DNA of 64,000 nt from Thermoproteota archaeon (lineage in GTDB: Archaea > Korarchaeota > Korarchaeia > B14-G2): NCBI GenBank assembly GCA_037917675.1, contig JAVCBW010000008.1:1-64000 (forward strand), given 5' to 3'. Positions 38,094 through 48,976 of the stretch are shown one piece after another. The notes below the pieces were generated by a model. It was not told where the DNA came from, searched no databases, and worked only from the letters and a program-made list of their open reading frames with translations. How positions within the stretch are numbered: position 1 is the stretch's first letter; the number at the start of each line of letters is the position of its first letter. The translations under genes and the position numbers were made by a program.

Positions 38094-38822
38094 TTGCCAG
38101 AGGATAAGCTGCTTCTCATGGCATCGCTTGCTCTGCTAGCCATATCACAGGCTACTGCAGTAGTGTCAGCTATCTCAGGGAGAGGAGAGCTAGGCTTCAC
38201 CATAGTAACTGCATCGATCGCCTTAGCTTCTATGCTCCATGCAGCATGCACCCTACACTGGAGAGCTCTAATAGCGATAACCTTAGCCCTCCTCATAGGC
38301 TTCACAGCAGAGGCTATAGGAGTTAGAACAGGTCTCCCATTCGGCAGGTACGTATACAACATGAGCCCAATGGTGCTAGGTGTCTCAGTGATAATACCTC
38401 TATACTGGTTTGTAGCAACATATGCATCTTACTGGGTAGCTTATGCAACAATCAAGTCCCAGAGCCTGCTGCTATCAGCTTACACAGGAGCCTGTGCAGC
38501 TCTATGGGATCTGATCATGGATCCCGTGATGTCTAACCTGGTTAGAGCATGGACTTGGCTTGATAAGGGGCCGCTCGGCATCCCGCTGACAAACTACATC
38601 GGGTGGTTCCTCACATCCACTGTCATAGCAGAGGTCTATAGGAGGATAGATCCTAGAGTTCAGAGCAAGCTCACACAGGCCATAGGAGTACTCACTTACA
38701 TGTCTCTCCTGTCCTCTATAGCAGTGTCCTCAGCTGCACTAGGTAGGTTAGACTACATCCTGCTAGGCTCAGGGGCGCTAGCTTCCTCAGCACTGGCATC
38801 AGCTAGGCTCATCAAGTCCTAG
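38094..38822 (+). CDS. CruF/DUF422-like carotenoid-biosynthesis membrane protein
   Basis: AEAIGVRTGLPFGRY.Y, WDLIMDPVM, W.W, GIPLTNYIGWF. Confidence 0.8.
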   Translation: MPEDKLLLMASLALLAISQATAVVSAISGRGELGFTIVTASIALASMLHAACTLHWRALIAITLALLIGFTAEAIGVRTGLPFGRYVYNMSPMVLGVSVIIPLYWFVATYASYWVAYATIKSQSLLLSAYTGACAALWDLIMDPVMSNLVRAWTWLDKGPLGIPLTNYIGWFLTSTVIAEVYRRIDPRVQSKLTQAIGVLTYMSLLSSIAVSSAALGRLDYILLGSGALASSALASARLIKS

Positions 38823-38950
38823 GATAGGCTTGACATCTCATGCTCCTCTTAGTTTCCCTATCCCCTCACTTGAGATGCAGCCCCAGGAGAGCTTTTTAGC
38901 GCTATGCTCTCCAGCACCATGCTTCTCCCAGAGCACCCATGACACGTAGG

Positions 38951-41044
38951 CTATGGCTTGAAGCTTTTCACCCACTCTGGCTGTGGTGGAGCTATCCCCT
39001 GGCTTAGCATCTGCCTCCACTGCTCATCTGTCAGCCTCTCTCCTTGAGGTCGCGTGAACTCGTAGTAGCTTAACGCTGCTCCAGCTGAGGCCAGCAGCCT
39101 CCCATCTGGGGTAGCATACACAACTATGATCAGGTCGAAGTACCCTGTCCCAGCTTCAAGTACTCTATTCGTGTTTGGGTCTGTGAACACGTCTGCTATC
39201 ACACGTGGGTCCTTGAAGCTAGGCTTCCTCACTGAGAGCAGCCTGTCTACTGCTGAGGGGAATCTCTCAATCACCTTGAGCTCGTCCTCTGAGAGCTGTC
39301 TGCCCTCAAGCTCCTTCACCGATATCTCCTCAAGGCTCTCAAGGAGCTCAGCCAGCTCAGTGAGCTTAGCCTCCAGCTCAGCAGGAAGGATCTCCATGCC
39401 CTTGAGGCCCTCTCGCGTAGCTTCAGCTAGCATCCTGAGCCTAGCGTACACGAGTGGAAGAGGCTCAATGTACCCTGGGTGAGGTGGCTTAGCTGGCAGC
39501 GCTACCTTAGCAGCATAAGGCTGCTTAGCATACAGTATAGTATCATGTCTGAGATGAGCCCAGCTACCCATAGCTGCCTCAAGAGACCTGTCAAGCCAAG
39601 CTTCTGTCCTCATGTATGGTGGGTATCCTTCTCCTGGAGGCTGGAGCTCAGCTCTGATCGCGTAAAGCCACATCATGTAGAGGCTTTGAGTCCAGTTCTC
39701 AGCCTTCAAGGAGCTCACGTGCTCCCTTAGCTCCTTGAGCTTCTCAGAGTACCCGGGGTACCTCTCAGCTTCCTCCTTGAGATGCTGTAGCGCTCTCTCT
39801 GAGCCTAGTGCAGCCATCACATCAAGCCCCTTAGCCATCGTCCTGCCAGCTACATTGGGGTAGCATAGCATCTGGTGTATGTACCCATCTAAGATGAACC
39901 TCTGCCCCATGAACCTCAGCCCACTCATCTTCTTGCGCTCATGGGGGTACCATGGTGAGCTCACCATCCTAGACCTATCGAGCTCCATGAGCTTGCTCCT
40001 AAGCTCGCTGAGCTTCCTCCTGTCCTCAACGTCCTTTGGCTCGAACTCCCCGTAAACCTCCTTCATGACCTTAGCGTAGTCTAGGAACGTGAGGTCGTCA
40101 GCGTAGCCTACGATGAAGGCTGTTGGAGCATAGATTCTCATCCAGGTGTCTAGGGTGAGCTCCCCACTTGGAAGCCTAGTCCTCTGCATGAGGTAGGTGA
40201 GCAGCAAGGCCTGTGCTGTCTGGAGCTCAGCTAGCTCAGGCCTCTCCTTGTCCTCGAGCATAAACCTCATCCTGCCAAGCCACATCACTGCCTTAAAGTA
40301 CCTCATCAGCCTCTCGCTTGCTGTGTAGTGGCCTCTAGGCCTGTACTGCGTGTAGTCCTCGGTGTACTTGAATATAGGGCTCTTAACCTCTGCTCTCTTA
40401 GCCTCTGTTATCAGACTCACCTCAGCTTCGACAAGCTCCCTAGCTTCAGCTGGCACCCTAAGCTCTGGGTCAAGAAGCTTCGCAGCGACACTGAGGTAAG
40501 CTAGGTTCCTTAGTGAGGCCTCCTCCACAAGCCCGCTGGAGCCTTTAAGCAGCTGACCTTGAGCTTCAACCAGGGAGCTGACGAGGTCTAGCAGCAGGCT
40601 GTAGAAGACCTGCTCCTCAAGCTCTGCCAGGAGCTGCTGGAACAGAGCATGGTACATGAAGAAGACGCTGTCAGCTGATATGTAGAGGGGTAAGCCAGCG
40701 TCAGCAAGCCCCCTGTACGTCTCAGCTAGGTCACAGCTCCTCCAGTAAACGACGGCGAAACCGTTCTTAAGCAGGAGGTCAGCTGCCTCCTTGCTTAGAT
40801 ACCTCCTGACATCATACCAGTTCTCGATCTCGCCTTCGCTGAGAGGAAGCTCATACTGAGGTGCGTTAGCTGTGAGGGAGGGCTCTCTCAGCGAGAACTT
40901 AAACTTCAGCCTCTCAGCCTCAAAGCCTGCCAGATAGGTGGTTGGAGCGGGACGTGTATAGGGCTTCACTCCGCCTTTTAAGGCCCATAAGCCTGAAGCC
41001 AAGGCTACTAGAGCTATGGCTATAGCAGCTCTCCTCCAGTACAT
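38951..41044 (-). CDS. DUF3160-domain exported protein
   Basis: Signal/anchor, LL.NGF, EDYTQYRPRGHYT, YFKAVMWLGR, GSWAHLRHDTILYAKQ, SYYEF...RLTDE.W. Confidence 0.85.
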   Translation of the reverse strand: MYWRRAAIAIALVALASGLWALKGGVKPYTRPAPTTYLAGFEAERLKFKFSLREPSLTANAPQYELPLSEGEIENWYDVRRYLSKEAADLLLKNGFAVVYWRSCDLAETYRGLADAGLPLYISADSVFFMYHALFQQLLAELEEQVFYSLLLDLVSSLVEAQGQLLKGSSGLVEEASLRNLAYLSVAAKLLDPELRVPAEARELVEAEVSLITEAKRAEVKSPIFKYTEDYTQYRPRGHYTASERLMRYFKAVMWLGRMRFMLEDKERPELAELQTAQALLLTYLMQRTRLPSGELTLDTWMRIYAPTAFIVGYADDLTFLDYAKVMKEVYGEFEPKDVEDRRKLSELRSKLMELDRSRMVSSPWYPHERKKMSGLRFMGQRFILDGYIHQMLCYPNVAGRTMAKGLDVMAALGSERALQHLKEEAERYPGYSEKLKELREHVSSLKAENWTQSLYMMWLYAIRAELQPPGEGYPPYMRTEAWLDRSLEAAMGSWAHLRHDTILYAKQPYAAKVALPAKPPHPGYIEPLPLVYARLRMLAEATREGLKGMEILPAELEAKLTELAELLESLEEISVKELEGRQLSEDELKVIERFPSAVDRLLSVRKPSFKDPRVIADVFTDPNTNRVLEAGTGYFDLIIVVYATPDGRLLASAGAALSYYEFTRPQGERLTDEQWRQMLSQGIAPPQPEWVKSFKP

Positions 41045-41105
41045 AACATATCGTATATGTGGGCTTACTCAAGCTGATAAACCTTCTCATATGCTTCAGC
41101 TTGCG

Positions 41106-42344
41106 CTAGAGTAGTGGTAGTATGGCGAAGACCTTAGCGTCGCCTACGAGGTTCTCTATTTTGGCATACTCATTTGGCTGGTGAGCTGTCTCATCTACAG
41201 TGCACCAGACTGCAGCAGGATAGCCTCTAGCCCTGAATATGGCAGCATAGGTTCCTCCTCCTATCCCACCTGGCTTCGCCTCAATGCCTCTAGCTACCCT
41301 TATAGCCTCCTGAAGCCTCTTTACAACCTCGCTGTCAGGGCTGGTTGGGGGAGGTGCATCTATCCTATTCACAACAGATGCCTCCACTCTGACTCCAGGG
41401 TAGGCTTTCTCAAACACCTCTGTGACAGCGTCAGCTGCCTCTATTATGTCGTCAAGCCTATAGCTCGGTAGCACCCTACAATCAAAGTAGAACACATCTT
41501 CCCCTGGTATAGTGTTCACATTCTCTACGTTAGCCTCATGCTTTGTAGGCTCGAAGGTCGAGTAAGGAGGGTCGAACAGGCTGTCATGGCCGCTGAACCT
41601 AGTCCTGAAGAGCTCATCTAGTGCTATGGCAAGCCTCATCCCGATCCTATGCGCGTTAAGAGCCCTGTGGGGCATGCTGGCGTGCCCCTCTCTCCCCTCA
41701 ACCCTGAACTTCAGCCAGATGATCCCCTTCTCAGCAACCTCAATCAGAGTTCCACTAGGGTTCCCTGCATCAGGTACAACAATCAGGTCCTCTCTCCTGA
41801 AGCCTACCTTATCAAACATGTACTCTAACCCAAGCTTGCTGCCAGCTTCCTCGTCAGAGGCATACACCAGGCCTACGGTGAGCTTAGGCTTGGCTCCAGC
41901 TTCAACTATGGCTCTAGCAGCAAGCAGAGTAGACGCTATAGCTTGACCATTGTCCTCAGCTCCCCTCCCATAGACTCTCCCATCTTCAAGGACAGGCTTA
42001 AAGGGATCTGTCCTCCATAGCCTCAAGGTTCCAGCTGGGACAGTGTCAAGGTGGCTGACCAGCCACAGGGTCCTCTCACTCTCACCCCTCAGCTTAGCTA
42101 CCAGATTGGGCCTAACTCCCTCAGGAACCCTTCCATCTGGCGCATCAAACCTCTCAACACTCAGCCCAATGCTCTCAAGCTCCCCCTCGATGAGCTGAGC
42201 TCTCTTATACTCTCCCTCTCCACCAAAGCTCGGGTTGACAGCCTTCTCCTCAACGACTCTCATCAGGAGCCTTGTAGCCCAGCTACTGAGCTCACCAACC
42301 TCCCTCATGACTTCATCTAGCACAGGACCACCATAGGCTACCAC
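41106..42344 (-). CDS. M20-family metallohydrolase (ArgE/DapE-like)
   Basis: SHLDTVP, GRGAEDN, DEEAGS, AEKG, GHASMP, AHQPNE. Confidence 0.92.
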   Translation of the reverse strand: MVAYGGPVLDEVMREVGELSSWATRLLMRVVEEKAVNPSFGGEGEYKRAQLIEGELESIGLSVERFDAPDGRVPEGVRPNLVAKLRGESERTLWLVSHLDTVPAGTLRLWRTDPFKPVLEDGRVYGRGAEDNGQAIASTLLAARAIVEAGAKPKLTVGLVYASDEEAGSKLGLEYMFDKVGFRREDLIVVPDAGNPSGTLIEVAEKGIIWLKFRVEGREGHASMPHRALNAHRIGMRLAIALDELFRTRFSGHDSLFDPPYSTFEPTKHEANVENVNTIPGEDVFYFDCRVLPSYRLDDIIEAADAVTEVFEKAYPGVRVEASVVNRIDAPPPTSPDSEVVKRLQEAIRVARGIEAKPGGIGGGTYAAIFRARGYPAAVWCTVDETAHQPNEYAKIENLVGDAKVFAILPLL

Positions 42345-42590
42345 TGCTCACACTATAAAAAGAGGGTGGGAGACGCCATCAGCATATGGCTGCCAGCTCT
42401 GCTAGCAGCTTGCTCCAATAGCTCTAGCCTAAGCATGAGCTTAGCTGAAGGCTGCTCTACATGTGCTCTAGGACATGAGGCTCCCAGCTCAGCAGCCGCA
42501 CAAGTACCTCTAAGCTTCAGCTCAATGCGAAGCATAAGGTGCCAGCTGAGAAAGGGATATAAGCTTCCTCAAGGGGAGGTATGAGGGCAC

Positions 42591-43040
42591 TTGGATTCAA
42601 AGGATCTGAAGATATTGAAGCTGATCCAAGAGGACTGCAAGATGACTGTAAGGGAGCTAGCTAGGCTCCTCAGGTCTCCAACCACAACAGTCCACTCTAG
42701 AATCAAGAAGCTTGAGAAGGCAGGCGTCATAAAGGGGTACAAGGCTATAGTTGATGCTGGGAAGGTGGGGTTCAAGACTACTGCATTCATACTCGTCTCC
42801 TTCTCATATGATGGCCTATCACAGAGGGAGGTTGCTAGGAGAATAGCTAGCATCCCAGAGATCCAGGAGGTGCACATAATAACTGGAGACTGGGACATGA
42901 TCCTCAAGGTCAAGGTTAGAGACGTAGAGGAGCTCGGGGAGCTGGTTATAGACAAGCTTAGGACCATCGAGGGAGTCGAGAAGACGCTTACATGCGTCGT
43001 TCTAGAGACTACAAAGGAGACAACCGAGCTTCCTCTCTAG
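42591..43040 (+). CDS. Lrp/AsnC-family transcriptional regulator
   Basis: DSKDLKIL..IQED, RIKKLEKAGVIKGY, ITGDWD. Confidence 0.93.
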   Translation: MDSKDLKILKLIQEDCKMTVRELARLLRSPTTTVHSRIKKLEKAGVIKGYKAIVDAGKVGFKTTAFILVSFSYDGLSQREVARRIASIPEIQEVHIITGDWDMILKVKVRDVEELGELVIDKLRTIEGVEKTLTCVVLETTKETTELPL

Positions 43041-43060
43041 GGATAGCAGCATGCTACCAG

Positions 43061-43483
43061 CTACTTTATCCTCTCTAGGAGTATTGCTGGACAGAGCTTG
43101 ACTACACCCTCTATCCTCCCATACTTCGTGTGGATTAGCTCATTGAGGTGTCTTGCATCTCTAGCCCAGACCTCCATCATTATCATGTGGTCTCCAGTAG
43201 AGGCAAAAACCTTCTTGACCTCAGGGAACTTGGCTAGCGCCTCAACTACAGCAAGATATTTCTCAGGGACGACATCGACTCCCACAATAGCTACCATGCT
43301 ATATCCAAGCTTGCTAGGATCTACTACTGCAGTATACTTCTTTATGACACCTGCCCTCTCAAGCTTCTTGATCCTCTTTCTCACAGAAGACTCACTTATA
43401 CCAACCCTCTTAGCTATCTCCACATATGGTGTCCTAGCATTCTCCTCTAAGATGCTGATTATCATAAGGTCCTTGCTATCCAT
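43061..43483 (-). CDS. lrpA: Lrp/AsnC regulator, LrpA-like
   Basis: ENARTPYVEIAK, VDPSKLGY, STGDHMIM.EVWA, LCPAILLERIK. Confidence 0.85.
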   Translation of the reverse strand: MDSKDLMIISILEENARTPYVEIAKRVGISESSVRKRIKKLERAGVIKKYTAVVDPSKLGYSMVAIVGVDVVPEKYLAVVEALAKFPEVKKVFASTGDHMIMMEVWARDARHLNELIHTKYGRIEGVVKLCPAILLERIK

Positions 43484-43712
43484 AGCTATCCTGCTAGCTT
43501 GATGTAGTTAAAAACCTTCAGGCTGAACTCAGAGCCAGCTGACAGCATGACCTGCTAACTATAGCTCATGTAGCAGGTCACTACACGAGTAGCTTATAGA
43601 TGTAGAGCTGCCTTAGCTTCTCTAGCCTCATGCCAGCTCCAAACTCTGTATCCTGAGGGGCCTTGAGGCGGCAATAAAAGGAGAAGGGCTTGTAGCCTGT
43701 ATCTCCTTTACC

Positions 43713-44018
43713 CTAGCTTTCTTTGAGCTCCTTTTCGGTTTCCCTCCTCTTTACTGCTCTGTCAAAGAGTATCCAGTTGCTGTACCATTCCTCGTTTTCC
43801 TTACGCAGTAGCTCTAGCATGGTTCTAGTGAGGTCTTTGGCTGTCACCTCGCTTACACCCTGCTCAAGGAGCTTCGCTGTAGCTATGAGCGCCACTTTGC
43901 GAGCTGACTCAGGGGTGGCTCCAGACTTTAAGGCGCTGACGACGAGCTTCTCCGGCGTGAACTCCTCAACTCGCCCATCACGTTTAACTACCCTAATTCC
44001 AAAGCTACCTAACTGCAT
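43713..44018 (-). CDS. Stand-alone ATP-cone domain protein; start uncertain
   Basis: VVKRDGRVEEF..EK...S..KSG; no catalytic domain follows. Confidence 0.8.
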   Translation of the reverse strand: MQLGSFGIRVVKRDGRVEEFTPEKLVVSALKSGATPESARKVALIATAKLLEQGVSEVTAKDLTRTMLELLRKENEEWYSNWILFDRAVKRRETEKELKES

Positions 44019-44194
44019 TAGGAGACCCAAGCGTGGATGCCGCTATCTCCTTAAATACTTTGATCTTAAGAGAGCCTCTGACACACCAGGAGCCTGTAGA
44101 GCATTAAGAGCTAATGTGCTCATATAGGCTGTAGCAAAGACAATTGAGGCTGAAGACGCCAGTTGAGAGCCATTGAGAGACGTGAGAGCAGCTG

Positions 44195-44479
44195 CTATCC
44201 GCCTGAAGAACCCACGATGTCTAGGAAGACCTTGCTATACACCCTCCACTTCAGCTTCCCATACTCCCCTGTCTCCCATGTGAAACCCTCCCTATGAAGC
44301 TGACATGGGAAGCTGCTGCACTCAAAGCAGCACCTAGCTCCCTTGTCCACGGCGCACTTAGCAAACAGGCACTCTCCTATGTGTGCATCACAGCCCTCAC
44401 ATAGATCCCTCACGTAAGCTGGACAGAGCTCACAGAGTAAGCCACAGTAGGAGTAGAGCACACCACCTAGCTCTGGCAT
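44195..44479 (-). CDS. DUF3795-like Cys-rich protein (start revised)
   Basis: YCGLLCELC, CEGC, C...KC...G..CC.EC..FPC. Confidence 0.75.
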   Translation of the reverse strand: MPELGGVLYSYCGLLCELCPAYVRDLCEGCDAHIGECLFAKCAVDKGARCCFECSSFPCQLHREGFTWETGEYGKLKWRVYSKVFLDIVGSSGG

Positions 44480-44805
44480 ACATACACCAGAAGCCGGCTT
44501 CAGCAGCAGCATTAAAGCTTGGGGTTCAGTGAAATGTCCGCATTGGCGAGCGTCCCACATAGCGTGCCTACTGTGTCCTCATGTCTCTCCTGGGAAACCT
44601 GTGTTTTGTGTCAGCTACGTGCTCTGAAATGCTTCCTCCACATCCTTCCTTGAGGTAGCGTCTATGTCTCTCCCCTCTGTGGCTGAAGCCAGGGCTTCAA
44701 GAGCTCTCACCACCTTGATGCCATTGAGCTCAGGATGGAGCTGTGTAAGCTTCACAGCACTCCTGTTCTCTGCCAGGGAGGGCATGCTGTACCCATGTTC
44801 ATAAG

Positions 44806-45228
44806 CTAATGTACTGGGATGACTACTGCTGGCTTAGCTAGCTTCCTTAGCACCTTTGACATGGTGTCTGCTCCAACAGCCCTAGTTATGGCTTTCACAG
44901 CAACCTTCTTCCTCTTGAAGAGGACTACTGCCTCATACTGCTCCTCTGCCTCAGTTAAGATTGCTTCAGCTGCGTCCCTGCTCAGTACTACCTTAGACTC
45001 CACTGAGGCGAAGCTAGGCTGCAAGCTTTCTTCCAGCTCTGAGATCCAGGCTTCAGCATCCTCTATCTCCCCCCTGAACTGCTCCTCGTAGAGGAGTGAT
45101 GTCATGGGGACCTCCACTACATGGAATAGGACAGCATGCATCTGCTTTGACTTCAGGAGGCGTGGTAGCTCAAATAGCGCATTCCTGATCTTTGGGTCCT
45201 TTACGACGCAGACTAGCAGCCTACGCAT
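44806..45228 (-). CDS. Universal stress protein (UspA-like)
   Basis: LFHVVEVP, SRDAAEAIL.EAE, VG.....VLR....PAVVIP. Confidence 0.8.
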   Translation of the reverse strand: MRRLLVCVVKDPKIRNALFELPRLLKSKQMHAVLFHVVEVPMTSLLYEEQFRGEIEDAEAWISELEESLQPSFASVESKVVLSRDAAEAILTEAEEQYEAVVLFKRKKVAVKAITRAVGADTMSKVLRKLAKPAVVIPVH

Positions 45229-45231
45229 CTG

Positions 45232-45507
45232 CTATACCTCAACTTTCCTGCCTTCACGCTTATGCGTGTAGAGTATGACGACGCTGCTCGTTGACCGCAC
45301 GCCTTCTACTGCGAGTATCCTCTCCTTGAGGAGGTTTCTGAACGTCACTACATCTGGTGCCTTGACTAGTGCTACCACATCAAAGTCTCCAGTGACCTCA
45401 TAGAGATCTACCACCCAGGGGTAGTCTCTCAGCTTCCTCACGACTTCATCCAAGCTCTTAGGCTCAACAACGATGTTGACTATTATGCTGACTTCAGGGC
45501 TAGCCAA
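45232..45507 (-). CDS. Stand-alone Lrp/AsnC ligand-binding (RAM) domain protein (start revised)
   Basis: YEVTGDFDVVALV...I..VEGVRSTSS; no HTH. Confidence 0.82.
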   Translation of the reverse strand: MASPEVSIIVNIVVEPKSLDEVVRKLRDYPWVVDLYEVTGDFDVVALVKAPDVVTFRNLLKERILAVEGVRSTSSVVILYTHKREGRKVEV

Positions 45508-45557
45508 AGTATCCCCAGAACCTAGCTCACCTAGCTTCAAAAAGCTTCTGCATCCAG

Positions 45558-47429
45558 CTACCACCTCTTCTTCAAGGCTATCAGCTTTCCTCCAACAATG
45601 CTTGTCAGATGCTCCGTCATGCTCTTCTCAGCTCCCTTGTCTTTTAACCTAGCCTTCCTCCTCCTGAAGACGACCACAAAGTCGTATGTCGGCTTAGAAG
45701 CCTCTCCAGCAGCCCTGCCAAACACATCTCCTATAGCAGCCTCATGTGTCACATCAAAGCCTCTCTTCCTCAGCGAGCTGGCGAGCCTCTCAAGCTCAAG
45801 CTCAGCTTCAAGCCTCACTGCCTCAACTGACTCAGGCTTCATCACCGAAGGGTCTATGATGCTCATCAGATGGAGAGTGAAGTTCCTGCTTAAGTTCCTT
45901 GAGATCACGTCTGCTATGCTATCTAGCTTCTCTGGTAGCCTCACGAGGACTAGCGTATGGAACTTCACCATCCCTGGAGCAACCATCTGAGCTCCTAGCC
46001 TAGATGCTACTGGCAGCCTGCTGCTCCACCTATATAGCGTGTAGACTAGCATGCCAGCTAGAAGCCAAAGGAAGCCTAGTACTCTGCCAGTTGGGTGGAA
46101 TGCTACGACCATCAGCCATATTGCTGTGCACGATGCCAGCCCGAACACTCCCACCAGGGGGAGCTCTACCCCCTTCACCCTGACTGCTACCGGGGTCTTC
46201 CAGGGCCTGTAGGCCTCTTTATCTCTGTTCCTTAAGGCTATCAGAGAGTAGTGGACGAAGATGTATGAGAGCAGTGCCCCGAAGTTATATAGGTCAGCTA
46301 CCCTCTCAAGCTTCTCTAGCGCAGTTAGCAGAGCACCCATCAAGCCGAACACGAGTATTGTTCTCACTGGAGTCCTCGTTTTCGGGTGGACGCTGTAAAA
46401 CCATCTTGGGAGGAGCTTAAACTTCCCCATCGAGAACACAACCCTTGAAACACCTATCACACCAGTGTTAGCTGAAGCCAAAGTCACTAGGAAGCCTGTC
46501 ACAGCTACTAGCATCGAGAAGTGCCTGCCCACATAGGGTATCCTACTGGAGAGAACTGACAGTGGATTTGATATGTCTGCTGTAAACTCCCTTAGAGGCA
46601 TGACCCCTAGGGCTAGCACAGACATCCCCAGGCAGAAGAAGAGGACTACAGCGACAGAGAGCTTGGAGGCTCTCGGAATCCACTTATATGGCCTCCTAGT
46701 CTCCTCTGCAGCCTGAGCTATCGACTCTATTCCTATGAACGAGCTCATGGCTAGCGTGAGCCCATAGAGCGTGTTCTGAGCCCTTATACTCATCCACCTG
46801 CTATAAGTGACCTCCATGTAGAATGGTGCTCCAAGCTCCCTGACCTGCCTTAGGAAGAGAGCTGGGCTGAAAGCTAAGGCGAATCCCAAGATGAGTATCG
46901 AGAGCTGGACTATCAGAGAGGGGGTGACCATCACCTCATTGAACCTAGAGCTCTCCCTCACCCCTACGAGGTTTATCGCTATCAGGAATGCTATCAGCGT
47001 CATCGACACGATAGCCATAGGCCCAAGCTTAGCTGGCCCAAGATACACGTGTATGGCCTTGAGCTGAGGGAATATGAAGAAGAGGTAGCCTGCGCTAGCC
47101 ATCGAGAACAAGGCTATGTCAACTATGTAATCTAGCATTATAACCCAGCCAGCTAGGAAGCCCATGAGGTCATTGGTAGCCTTCATGCTATAGACTTGAG
47201 CTCCACCAGCATAGGGGTATGTGCTGGCTAGCTCAGCGTACGCTAGCCCAGTAGCGACGTAAGCTGATGCAGCAGCCAGAAATGCCAGTGGGGCTCCACC
47301 CCATGCGTAAAGCGCTACCAAACCTAGAGCTATATATATGTCAGCTCCGACATCAGCATAGCCCATAGAGAAGCTGCCATACCACCCAACTTCCCTCTTG
47401 AGGCTATGCTCCTCCCGCCTTGCTGACAA
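45558..47429 (-). CDS. APC-family amino acid permease with C-terminal USP-like domain
   Basis: YAELAS.YP.AGG, FIGIESIAQAAEE, SRVVFSM, HPKTRTP; soluble C-terminal ~130 aa. Confidence 0.88.
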   Translation of the reverse strand: MSARREEHSLKREVGWYGSFSMGYADVGADIYIALGLVALYAWGGAPLAFLAAASAYVATGLAYAELASTYPYAGGAQVYSMKATNDLMGFLAGWVIMLDYIVDIALFSMASAGYLFFIFPQLKAIHVYLGPAKLGPMAIVSMTLIAFLIAINLVGVRESSRFNEVMVTPSLIVQLSILILGFALAFSPALFLRQVRELGAPFYMEVTYSRWMSIRAQNTLYGLTLAMSSFIGIESIAQAAEETRRPYKWIPRASKLSVAVVLFFCLGMSVLALGVMPLREFTADISNPLSVLSSRIPYVGRHFSMLVAVTGFLVTLASANTGVIGVSRVVFSMGKFKLLPRWFYSVHPKTRTPVRTILVFGLMGALLTALEKLERVADLYNFGALLSYIFVHYSLIALRNRDKEAYRPWKTPVAVRVKGVELPLVGVFGLASCTAIWLMVVAFHPTGRVLGFLWLLAGMLVYTLYRWSSRLPVASRLGAQMVAPGMVKFHTLVLVRLPEKLDSIADVISRNLSRNFTLHLMSIIDPSVMKPESVEAVRLEAELELERLASSLRKRGFDVTHEAAIGDVFGRAAGEASKPTYDFVVVFRRRKARLKDKGAEKSMTEHLTSIVGGKLIALKKRW

Positions 47430-47555
47430 ATAGGAGGTCCCCTACGCTCACAGCATCAGGCACTTAAACCTTACCTCATGCTACCAGCTGCTTGCAGCGG
47501 ATCTGAGCATAGGCTGTGAGGCTGGCTCTCTGACAGCTGGTGGCGCTCAGCTTCA

Positions 47556-48782
47556 CTAGGCTTCTACTAGCCTCACCCCTGTGCAGCTGCAGTAGCTCTT
47601 GACCTCTCTTCTAAGGTCTCCTTCTGCCAGAGCTAGGTGGTTTTCCGGAAGCGCATTTATTATCTTCTCGATGTCAGCTTCAAGCTCAAGCTGCGCCCTA
47701 CATACGTCACCTATCTTAGGCTGAGGGTCAGCTACCCTAGCATAGCTTGCTAGAAGCGTACAGTAGTCTCCTGTGAACTTGGCTAATGTGACGCTGCTAG
47801 CCTTGAACCTCCCGGTCACAGCAGCATAGCTCCTAGACTCGAAGTGTGTCGTGACCTTCACATCATCTAACATGGCTAGTGGAGCTGTGCAGTGAGCTAG
47901 CAGAAGCCTTCCTCCACTGGCTCTAGCTATGTTAGCCATCCAAGCTGGCTTCCCTGATAGCCTGCTTAAGAGCATCATGCTTAGAGTAGACTTTAAGTCC
48001 CCCTCACAGGAGAAGATGAAGCTACTTGAGTTCAGGAGGGCTGCTGCGATGCATGGTGTTGTCTTAAGCTCGCCCATAAGCCTGAAGCAGTCTATGGTGA
48101 TTGCTGTGAGGCTCAGTCTCTCAGCTATAGCCTTGAGCGCAGCAGCTAGCTTAGCTGCCTTCTTAAGCTCACCTTCATCCACTGCTATCTCTGCTGCTCC
48201 TAAAGCCTCTAAGCTAGCGCTAGCCTTCTCAGCCCACTCTCTGACCAAGCTGCTCTTCACGTAAACAACCGTAGCTCCATGCACGGCCTTAAGGGCCCTA
48301 GCCTCAGCTATAGAGGGCTTCTCATATCCAACTACCCCGATCCTAGACTGCCTTATCCAAGCTGACGCAGCTACAGCCTTAGCCTCCACCTCCAGCCCTC
48401 TGCTCTCCCCAGTTTCCTCTATGCAAGCTGGCCTAGCCCACCCTCCAAGCCTCCTTATCCTAGAGTGAGCTTTGACAGCAGAAGCATACCCATTCTCCGC
48501 AACCAGCCCAGCTACCAGCACTGGCTTACCGCAGCTAAGCCAGAAGTCAGTGATCACCCCTCCTGTCCCACCGCTACCAGCTAGCAGCAAGAGCATGTCA
48601 GCCTTCCTAGCATGCTCCAAAGCCTCTCTAAGCCCCTCTCTTCCAGCTATGACACCAGCCTCATACGTCTCCACACCAAGCCTCCTAAGCTCCTCTGAAG
48701 CCCACCTTAAAGCCTCAAGGCTCTCCTCTCTACTCCCATGCATCTCTGATACAAAAGCCACAGCAGTACACTTAAGCTTCAA
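47556..48782 (-). CDS. L-fucose isomerase-like protein
   Basis: IDCF, TPC, SCEGD, LAHCTAP, THFES, CR.Q, NH. Confidence 0.75.
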   Translation of the reverse strand: MKLKCTAVAFVSEMHGSREESLEALRWASEELRRLGVETYEAGVIAGREGLREALEHARKADMLLLLAGSGGTGGVITDFWLSCGKPVLVAGLVAENGYASAVKAHSRIRRLGGWARPACIEETGESRGLEVEAKAVAASAWIRQSRIGVVGYEKPSIAEARALKAVHGATVVYVKSSLVREWAEKASASLEALGAAEIAVDEGELKKAAKLAAALKAIAERLSLTAITIDCFRLMGELKTTPCIAAALLNSSSFIFSCEGDLKSTLSMMLLSRLSGKPAWMANIARASGGRLLLAHCTAPLAMLDDVKVTTHFESRSYAAVTGRFKASSVTLAKFTGDYCTLLASYARVADPQPKIGDVCRAQLELEADIEKIINALPENHLALAEGDLRREVKSYCSCTGVRLVEA

Positions 48783-48976
48783 GCCTCCACCTAAAGCCCT
48801 AATGATCCTATGGTAAAAGCTTTAGCATAGCTGTGCTATGCCAGCTCTATAGACTCAGGATGCAGCTTCAACACCTATGAAGCCTATGAGAGCTACATGA
48901 CCCTATGATACATCTCCTCTAGCATTTACCATCCAGATCTCCTCTAGCTAAGCTCACATCTACTCTAGCAGACATA

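Noticed and set aside
44615-44785. 56-aa minus-strand ORF MPSLAENRS...
   Set aside because: No recognisable motif or clear RBS, so it cannot be supported.
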